This document shows positions 31,901-64,000 of a stretch of 64,000 bases of DNA, piece by piece. The number at the start of each line of letters is the position of its first letter. Position 1 is the first letter of the stretch. The translations under genes were made by a program, and so were the position numbers. Under the pieces are notes generated by a model, which made no database searches, was not told the DNA's origin, and worked only from the letters and a program-made list of their open reading frames with translations. Location: NCBI GenBank assembly GCA_039096225.1, contig JBBPEB010000026.1, positions 682,001 to 746,000 on the forward strand, given 5' to 3'. The stretch comes from Blastocystis sp. Blastoise. Taxonomy: Eukaryota; Protista; Bigyra: Opalinata.

Positions 31901-33791
31901 GATAAATCGAATATTGTCTGAAATAGGCTGATGATGACTGAATAGCGGGGATATATAATCCTACATAGGCAACAATAATTCTAGGTGACATTTGAAAAGT
32001 AGGAATACTTATTGATTGAAAATCAATTGTAAATGTTTCTATTTCACTAACTGTATAATAATAATTGGGTTGTATAGAATATGGTTTTTGAAAGAATAAT
32101 CGAAATCCAACATAAGTAGTATTATTATTAGGAATAATAAAACATTGTTTTTGATTACGAAATTCCCATGAAATATTTTGTTCATAGGATAAAGTAATAA
32201 ATAAAGAACCATCTGTAGTACCTTGAAAAAACCATGATACAGGATCATATTGAGGGGAATCACTTCCTACTCTTATACAATAATAATTTATATATATAGT
32301 TCTTCGATTTAGGAACAAATAACCAATATATTGTTGATAATTTGAAGTAATATAATTACCTATCCATTTTGTATATAGATCTGTATCGAATGCATATTCA
32401 TGAGAATTTTTATCTACGACAGAACTAGAGAATGAATAACCTTCAAGTATTTTACTATTTTTATGTGTATTTATAAGTAATCTTAATATACAATCTATAT
32501 GTGAATATATAGAAGATAACATATTACTAGGATATACTATACCAATGGCAATAGTATTTGTACCAGTATGAAATGTATTTATTATACCTTCTATTATTCT
32601 CCATACAGGATTTGATTCTTTAGCTGTAGCAATACTATCATAATCAATCGGAAGATTAAATAAATTCATTTGATATACATTTATATTATTTATATATACA
32701 ACACAACCTGCGTCAGTATAAAAACGTAACTCGTAAGAAGAATATAAAGAAAGATTATCTATATATATAGTATTACGAAAAAGAAGAATAGAAGAAGGAG
32801 CAATAGGTGTATAATCACAAATATAATCAAACCAATTAGAATCTATATATGTAGTTTTATACCAATCAGAAGGAAAGGAAGCACCTGCATTTATACGGAC
32901 ATGATATTTCCACGGAGATAATGGAGAAATTAAGTATTGTGTATTAAAGGAATAAGATGTTGATATAGAATCATATAAAGTAAATTGATGTATTTTATAT
33001 TTACTTGTATATACATAATATAAATAAATCATAACATTTGATTTTGTTTTCCAACCACTATTTAAATTAGTATTTGATAATACTATTGTATATATACCAG
33101 AAGGTATACATAAATTATATATAGAGGATTCTTCATCAGGATTATTAAGTACATCTAAATATATAGTATTATTATTCGATAATAGTTGTATTCGTTCATA
33201 TTGAGTATTTAACTCCTGATTCTTTAATATATCTACACGAGTAAATAAGGGCTGAGAACAAACTATATAGTTATATTATATATTAGGATTATAATAATGA
33301 TATAATAATTATTAACAAAATATATATAATATAATAAAATATATATAAAATAATAATATATAATATAATAAATAATTAACAAAATATATATGATATAATA
33401 AATAATATATTAAATAATATAATATATAATTAATAATTAATAATTAAAATATATATCTATATATACAGAAAATATTGATTTGTATTTCAAAAGAGTTTGT
33501 ATTCCCATAAATATCTAGAGAAGAAATAATATATGATTCAATGAATACTTCATTACTATATCCTTCTAATATTCCTGTTCGTGTATTAAATAGAATAGTA
33601 TCAATAGTAATAGAAGGAGTAATAGTATAAGAAGAATAGCCACTACTAATTGGCTTAATAGAAAATGTAGTTCCTTGAGGAAATGAAAATGTATGTGAAG
33701 AATATAATAATCCTTCTGGAAGGATATTCGAATTACATGTATAGAAATTTAAACTTGATAATTGAGTAAAGGAACCAGTCTCATAAATATC

Positions 33792-33859
<68 letters not shown>

Positions 33860-34607
33860 AATATAATAAATATTATTGATAAAATATAATTAATAAAATA
33901 ATATAATAATGTTTATAAAAATAAAATATAAAATAAAAATAAAAAAAAAATACCAATTGTCATTTTATAATAATTGAAAGAGATTTGATTTGATTTAATA
34001 AAATACATTTTGCTCTGACGTCTATATGTAAATTGCTGATTTTCTTGGTAATCTAGAAATGTCCACGTATTATTATCATTACTCCCGTGAATATACCAGG
34101 ATTTGGGATCTCTTCGAGGATAATCATTTCCACTTACTATACTATAACTATTAATCCATTCTCTTCTATATATATATAATATTAATAATAATAATATTAA
34201 TAATATTAATAATCAAAATATAAAAAACACAAAAATATAAGAAAAAGAAGATATAATAAAATAATAATAATAATAATAATATATCTATATACCTTTCATT
34301 ATCAAATTTATATATAAGCACAGAAGGATTTGTTCCCATATATACTTTTGTATAAGGAATAGTATCAAACGCCATAGAGCAAGATTCATAAGAATAAGGA
34401 GGATTTGGCGAACACGAATAATCCCCGCGGATATTTCGTAAAGAGCATGTATCTTTGCCTCTTTGTGTATATATAAAACAATCAAATGGATTATTTAATT
34501 GAAATAAATCAGAATGATAATGAACTTCAACTGCTATTAATAGAGAAGAAGTAGTAGTAGAAGAAGAAGAAGAAGAAAACTTTGAATATGGAAGAGTAAT
34601 ACTATAG

Positions 34608-34653
<46 letters not shown>

Positions 34654-36134
34654 TTTGTAAGAAATATCATCATTTATGAGTTGAGCATGTGTTGTAGGAG
34701 AAATTGTATTACTATATATATATTAATAGTAGCCACTTTATTGATATAATATAAATAAAATAATAAAAATAAAAATAATAAAAATAAAAATAAAATAAAT
34801 AAAAATAATAAAAATAAAATAAATAAAAAAAAATACTTTGAGAATCCATATCTATAAGCTTCATTTCCATTTATATATAAAATAAAGCTTGTTTTTGTTC
34901 TTATTCCTATTTCTAATAAATATATAGTATCTACTTCTTCTAGTACTACTAATTTCCTAAAATATACTGTATATGTTTGAATAGTCGGAAAAGAAGAAGT
35001 AGAATAGAGTTTATTTGAATTTAGTAGAGTTTTATTTGATTGCAATATATTATCATTATTCAATAATAATTGACTACTTTGTATTGTAGTAATATTAGAA
35101 TAGAACTCATTCCTATTATTATCATACATTATAGACTTCATATTGTGTTTATCTATATTAGTTGATATTTCATGAATATCTATAAGTCTTCTTGTATTAT
35201 TTGTATTATTTAAATATATTAATGATGAATTTATAGTAGAAGAATTAGAAATAGATATATTCGTTTTAGAAGTATATATATTTGAATAATTTATAAGTGA
35301 ACTAGAGTATAGAGAAGAGAGAATAGAAGGAATAGCTGTAGACCAATATGTATCTGAATACTCTAATGCTATCCATAAAGGTGTATATTGAGGAGTTATA
35401 CTATATTTCCACAGGGATCCAGGAAGTAAATCAAAATGAACTATGTAAATAATAATAATATACATTGAAATAAAATAAATATTTTTATAATAATAATATA
35501 AGTTATTTTTATAGTATTCTTATTATAATTTATAACCAAGATGATTCATAATAAATATATTATAAATATTAAAAAAAAATCTAATAATAATAAAAACAAC
35601 ACTAATATAAATAAAAATAAATATACAATTAAATTGTTGATGATATTCTTTAAAATAGGAATTTGTTTGATATTTCATAGTAGTTTTTAAAAACAGTAAT
35701 CCTTGATATATTAATGATAAAGAAGCATAACTTTCAGAGCCATAACCCCAACCATCTCCGGCACTATATCATAAATATTTATATATCAAATTAATACATA
35801 TATAAATAAAACAAAAAATTACCTATCCATAAGAACTAATGTATAATCTTGCTCAAATTTCAGACAACATTCGACTTCTACTATATTCCCCTTGTGGTTA
35901 TCTGTTCCTCCAGTACCAAAAATAACTAAATCACCAGAGACTGCTGTTCCTTCATATATCTCCCATGATTCTTCCCACCAATGCTCATGAAATATCCTTT
36001 GAAGTACCACAGTTTCATAAGACGCCTTACATGGAGTACTTGAAACTATATATTTGAAGAATTAGTAGCATTTGAGAACAACACATACGGCATGGAAGAC
36101 TCAGAAACAATAGGAAACAAAGAAACGTTTTCAT
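28905..36134 (-). CDS. Large type-I membrane surface protein, paralog of 11532-16726; 9 exons
   Basis: Signal peptide MKTFLCFLLFLSLPCLS. Same WKY / AFD..TK / DP.SW..GS / LP..L.....G.I.G modules. C-terminal TM and basic tail. Eight GT-AG introns; last exon 28905-33262. Confidence 0.85.
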
Positions 36135-36882
36135 TCACAATTTTTCTTGATAAACCTGATTTTTTATATAACTTATATTATTCAAATCAACTAGTAAAAG
36201 GGTAAATCATAAAAAAACATATTTTTGTGTGTTTTCCGAAATTGATGTTTCAAACATACTGAATTACTCTGAAAATGTCTAAATAAAAACAAAAGTGTTG
36301 TTTCGTTTGTTGTATTTCTCATTTATTTATTATGTAATATGATTAACTCATGTATACATAAGGATCATGAAATGAATAACATAAGTTTAATAAATGTATT
36401 ATAGACACATTAGTCAACACTGAGATAAATTCTTTTGTGTGTTCTAATTATCAATTTATTAATATAGCATTAATGGCTCGATTCATTGAATGAGTTCAAG
36501 AAAAAGAATGACTTTTTATGGAAAGCTAAAAAAAATAATATAACTAATGATTGTTTATTATTACTATTAGTATTATAGATAATCTTTAAGTAATACATAG
36601 CTGACATTATCTGAATATGGTAGAAAAGAAAGAAGCAAAACTAACTATAAAATATTAAGAATAAAGAAAAATAATAATGGTATCTCACATAATACAGCTC
36701 TGAAAATAAAAATAAAAACTTAAAAAAAAAACATTCCCCATAAAATACATAGAAAATAAAATAAGAAGACTCAATAGTATAAATTATCGTTAAACAATAA
36801 TAAAAGAAAAAGTAGATATATAGATAACAAAAGAACTGTATATATATCACTATTATATTATTATAAAATAATAGACTAATAA

Positions 36883-37392
36883 TTATTGTGTATTTAGAGA
36901 TGAAGGATATTTGATTTCAATCTATATGATAAAAATAGTTATTGAAAAGAATAAAAATAAAAATAAAAATTAATTAAAAAAAATTTATAATAAAAAATAA
37001 ATATATACATATGATGAAAGATTAGTTTTGATAAGATTAAAAGTGATGGATCGTTCTTTATATACATTTAATTCATTAACTCTTTTTAGATCAGAGAGAA
37101 CAAATGATTCTGCATTTTTAATACAAATATCAGGAATAAATAAACTGAGCCCAAGAGTGAAAGGGATACAAATATAACCGATATAATATGCAGGATCACA
37201 TGACCAGAAAACAGATGTAACAAGATTGATTCTTCGAATGACACTATGAAACTCTTCTTCTGAAATAATTCCTTTTAATTCTTGTGGGTAGTCATCACAG
37301 TACTTTCCTCTAAGTCTTCTGATACTCCATTTACCTGATCCTTGGATCTTAATCGATATAAATGTTTCGTTAACAAGTTTTTCGGATGACAT
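36883..37392 (-). CDS. Erf4/GOLGA7-family palmitoyltransferase accessory subunit; 2 exons
   Basis: YPQELKGIISEEEFHSVIRRIN, a hydrophobic hairpin CIPFTLGLSLFIP, then ..YIEIKY after one GT-AG intron. Confidence 0.75.
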
Positions 37393-37605
37393 ATTTGTAG
37401 AATTAGACAAGGAGATCAATAATAGTGATTGAGTCACACTCCTTTTAGAAAAGAAATTGAGATGTCTCTTTTCACAAATGTATGAAAAATTCGTTTCTCA
37501 TGTCAAAAAGATGAGATAATTGTGGGAAAAAGAGAGAATACAATAGAAACTCGAGAATACAATTTGTTTAGTATACAAAATCTTTGATCAATACATGTAT
37601 TGGTT

Positions 37606-40069
<2,464 letters not shown>

Positions 40070-40789
40070 TTCTTTTTTGCATTATTATTCAATAAATATA
40101 TATAAATATATTTTATATTTTTTCAGTTTCTTTTTAATGCTCATTTTCTTTTTCTCTTCTTTTAATCGTTTTATTAAAGCATTATTTGTTGAAACTGTGT
40201 TGTTATTTAATTTTTTATAAACTATTAAGATTTTTTTTAATGTAAAAAATAATAGTTTTTGACTGTTCTTTGCTTCTTAAATAAAATAAAATATTGTTAT
40301 GTATACGTTAACCTATTTGAATTAAAAATTTAGGTTTATTGAGAATAAAAACGTTGACCAAAATGATCTAGATAAATGTTCATATTTAACTCCTATAAGA
40401 CAACCAGAACGATGGGTTTCGTTATAAGAGCGACATACTAATAAACAAAAGCAAGCTGAAAAGTGTTTTTTAAACACAATACAAAGATCAAAAGAAAAAA
40501 GATGAATCATTCTTAGTCAGAAACGTAAAATAGAAAAAATCGAAAACACTGTCTTTTTCGAAGCACTATTGAATAGATTTATCCAATAAAATCAACTCAG
40601 AGAATTCTATTTGTAAAGAAGAATTGTGAATATCTTAAACAAAACAGATAAAAAAGAAAGATAACCATTATTCATCGACTTTATTGGGAAATGACAAAAC
40701 ACACATCATTCCAGAATAAAACAAGTGTACTCAGTTTTGATTATTTGTAGTTTTACATTTTTATTTCTATTTTTATCTTCAAAAGAATA

Positions 40790-41605
40790 ATGAAATATTT
40801 TGTTTTTGTTTTATTGATAAGCTTAGTTTGTGCTGCTAAGATTCATGACATCCAAACTCTTTGGACTGAAAGAGTTCCTGAAAAATATGGTTGCTACAGA
40901 ATTCCTTCTCTTCTTCACTTAGAGGATGATATCTTAGTTGCTGCCATTGAAGCTAGAACTGGTAATTGTGGTGACTCTACTCCTAGTGATACTTATGTTA
41001 AGATCTCTAAGGATGGTGGTAACACTTGGACTGATAGTATTTTAATTGATTTCTTTTCTATGGTATATTTTTATTTTTCTTGAGTTTTTTTTATATATAT
41101 ATTTTATATAATATTATTATTAATTATTAATTATTAATTATTATTAATTATAAATCATAGGTTAATGGAACTGCTTCTACTGGTGAACCTGCTTTAATCT
41201 ATGATAAAACTATTAAAAAATTATTTATGATTACTGAATTCTTCCATTCTGATGTTTCTTCTAATGATGGCCAAAAAGTTATTGATATTCGTATTGCTGA
41301 AAGTACTGATTATGGTTTCACTTGGAAATTAAATCAAATTATTCCTGATCCTGGTCAACAATCTCCTACGTATATATATTTATTATTATTTTTATTATTA
41401 TTATATTTATATTTATTATTATTATATTATTTATATTTTTATCTATACTGGTACATTGACTGCTGGTATTCAATTAGATTCTGGTCGTTTAGCTATTTGT
41501 TATAGAAGAGGTGCTAGAAATAGTTATGCTTTCTTATCTGATGATCATGGTATTAATTGGAGATTATCTACTAATTCTAGTGGTACTGGTGGCTCTGAAT
41601 GTCAA

Positions 41606-41700
<95 letters not shown>

Positions 41701-42264
41701 TTATTATTTATTATATATTTTATTCTTAAAATTATATATATATATATATATATACTCAAATTGCTAAATTAAAGGATGGTCGTTTATATCAAACTTCCCG
41801 TGGTTATTGGGATATTCAAGGAAATCCTAGACTTCAATTATATATTATATAAATTTCTTTATTCTTAGAATATAAAAAAAATATTTTATTTTTTAAAACT
41901 ATAATATATATATAATTCTATATAGTCTTTTAGTCATGATGGTGGTGAGACTTGGGAACAATTTACTAATGTAGATAAAAAGATTACTGATAATAATTGT
42001 CAAGGAAGTGTTGCTTCTGATGATAATACTGGTTATTTATATTTAAGTCATGTTGGTTCTGCTAGTACTCGTGTTAATATTACTATTAATCAATCTAAAG
42101 ATAATGCTCTTACTTGGGGTGATAATGTTATGCTTCAAACAGGACCTGCTGCTTATTCCTCTCTTACTGTTATTAAGAATGGCTCTGTTGCTATTGCTTG
42201 GGAAGGTGGTCCTAAAGCTTCTTATCAAAATATCTATTTTACTGTTGTTGATTTTGATGAATAA
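40790..42264 (+). CDS. Secreted GH33 sialidase (neuraminidase); 5 exons
   Basis: Signal peptide, YRIP, EAR..GD, Asp boxes SKDGGNTW, STDYGFTW, SDDHGINW, SHDGGETW, SKDNALTW, plus GIQLDSGRL, ECQ..DGRLYQTSR, STRVNI and GPAAYSSL (catalytic Tyr). Three of four introns need non-canonical ends to keep these motifs. Confidence 0.9.
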
Positions 42265-42610
42265 ATAATATTATAGATTTATTTAATAGTATTCTTTCTA
42301 ATAACTTATATAGATACTTGGAATTATAAATTCGTATTTTTTTTTTGTTTATATTTATCAAATTTTTTTAGAATTAATAAATTACAAATTAATTATTATT
42401 TGAAAAACATATTTTAATATCGTTATATAATAATAATATTAACTATACAAAATAAGCAAAATTTTCAAACATATATATAAGTATTATTACAAATATATAT
42501 AAATGACATCAAAAATAGGAAGAAAATGACAAGGGAACACTTCAAATAACGAATATAAAAATAAAAACAATCAATAACATAAAAAACATAAAGAAAACTC
42601 TTAAAAAAAA

Positions 42611-43078
42611 TTATTTAGAAGTACAATCAGAGTAACATTGATTAAATAGAGTACAAAAACTACCTACAAAACAAGCACAAAACCACCAACATATATTATA
42701 TAATGTACTTGTATTTTCTGATGCTAATTTATATTTAATAAGATTAAAATTAGCTTTCTGTATTAATAATAATGTTTTACGATAATCAATAACTAGAGTA
42801 TAAAAAAATATAATAATGTTAAATGTAAAAAAGTGTTGTTAATTATATATATATACATTTATTAAAAGGTGAAGATGAGCATTTTGAAGCGATACATATT
42901 AATAAAATACATAATCCAAGACGAATAATACAAATATAGATCAGTAATAGAATGGAATACGAAGATATACATAGATAAATAGCAAAAACACTGATACAGA
43001 AATTGATGAGAATACAGTATTGAATGAAGGAAAACATAAATATATAAATTCTATTTAACATATTATTATATAGGATTC

Positions 43079-43119
<41 letters not shown>

Positions 43120-44027
43120 ATATAACAATACAAATAGTTGTATTTAATGTACAGAGTACAAGAAGTGTCATTATAAAGAATAATATCCATACAATAAATA
43201 ATGATATATACTCTAAGGATGTTATTAATAAAACAATTGAATATGCCTAGGGTTATATATATATAATATAGATATAATAAAAATAGTAATATACATATAT
43301 ATATACGATATCTAGACATGTGAAGAGAAATAATAAATTCATAAATATATAGATAGTTTGAGAAAATAAATAGATTTTAATTTCTTCATTAGTAAAACCA
43401 ACAACAGCAAACTATAGTCAATTATATACATAAATATAATTCAAAATACGTCATAATATCTCCTATATATAGTTATATAATAATTAATATATATATAAAT
43501 ATTATTATAAAAATATTTTATAATATATCAAAAAAAAAACGTATTTATAATAATAATTATTTATATATATAGGATTTAAATACCAGAATGATTTTGGTTT
43601 TGGATAACCAAAAGGAACAATAACTTTGTCGATATCTACATATCTACTTGTTGGATCAACAGATGCTGTTCTTGATGATTCTACATCAAAAGGAATAGGA
43701 ATATCTTGTGATTTTGATTTTTGTAATGAAATATCGATATTGAATGTTTCTTGAGGATTGAGATGATCTGATTTAGAAGAAGATATAGAATTTTTTGTAT
43801 ATTCTGGAATAATACCAGAATTTGACTCATTATTATTGATATTAGTATTCTTTATTGACTGATTCGTGCGTACATCATTTTCAGAATCAATTATGTTAAT
43901 ATTAATTGATGAAGATACAGTTTTATTTGTACTATACAAATTTGAATATTACTAATGACACAAATATTTGAATAAAATTATATTATTCATGATGGACGAA
44001 ACAATCTAAGTACTAAACATACTCCAT
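42611..44027 (-). CDS. Hypothetical multi-pass membrane protein; about 7 exons
   Basis: ATG GA|T across a GTATGT..TAG intron, hydrophilic exon 2, then several hydrophobic exons, Cys-rich end and TAA at 42611-42613. No family recognised; one donor is uncertain. Confidence 0.6.
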
Positions 44028-44567
44028 AGTATTCTAATTGATGATTATGTCGCTAATTCTAAAGCAGGAAATAGTAATAATTTGTTTTTTGAAATTCATT
44101 CTTTGTGTCACCGTGATAAAATACTAAAAAAAGTACATCCATCTTCTTGAGAATAACCATTTAGTACTTTATATACTAAAACACGTTTTTCTTTTATAAT
44201 CAAGGATATTATTTGTGTTTCTCTGATGAATGATGTTTTTAAAAGCTTGGTTTAGAGCTCAACGAACAATTATTATTCACATATGAATATGATGCATTTT
44301 ATGAAACACATTGCACTATCATCCTAGATCAAAAAAAATTCAAAAATAAAACAAGAAATTTAGACAATTGACATAAACAGTAAGAAAATGCATATAAATA
44401 AAAAAAAAATACAAAGAGAATAGTTTCATCTGTTTGAAAAACAAAAACAGAATATATAATTGAAAACAATAATGTTGAAGAGAGAAATAAATTTTAAAAA
44501 CGACTTGAATACTAGTCTATATGAATAAGAAAATAGAATGATAAAAAAAAACAATTCTAATTGTGAA

Positions 44568-64000
<19,433 letters not shown>

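Noticed and set aside
41370-41448. U12 (minor spliceosome) intron explanation for the AC end
   Set aside because: The donor is GTATATAT rather than RTATCCTT, and no TCCTTAAC branch site is visible.

Overview
Very AT-rich, intron-dense eukaryotic nuclear DNA using the standard genetic code. A protist is likely, possibly a Blastocystis-like gut stramenopile, but this cannot be proven from the window. Splicing by hand gives 12 protein genes: a C4 zinc-finger protein, an SPX-cytidylyltransferase fusion, two paralogous giant type-I surface proteins, a SPOUT1-like methyltransferase, a TOE1-like deadenylase, a 3xUBL-LRR protein, Erf4/GOLGA7, a PDK-family kinase, a secreted GH33 sialidase, a small multi-TM protein, and a 5'-truncated giant PP2C. 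There are also 4 tRNAs and a young hAT-type non-autonomous transposon. Most short ORFs in the supplied track are microsatellite or antisense artefacts. Main leads: (1) about 4 of roughly 88 inferred introns appear to lack a terminal G (GT-AA, GT-AC, TT-AG), three of them in an otherwise intact sialidase; (2) a GC-rich motif CGGGGAT/ATCCCCG (plus CCGCGG) recurs inside coding exons in all frames and both orientations using rare codons; (3) a PP2C catalytic domain is split by about 5,200 aa of low-complexity sequence; (4) an SPX phosphate-sensor domain is fused to a cytidylyltransferase. All gene models are manual and unverified by RNA data.
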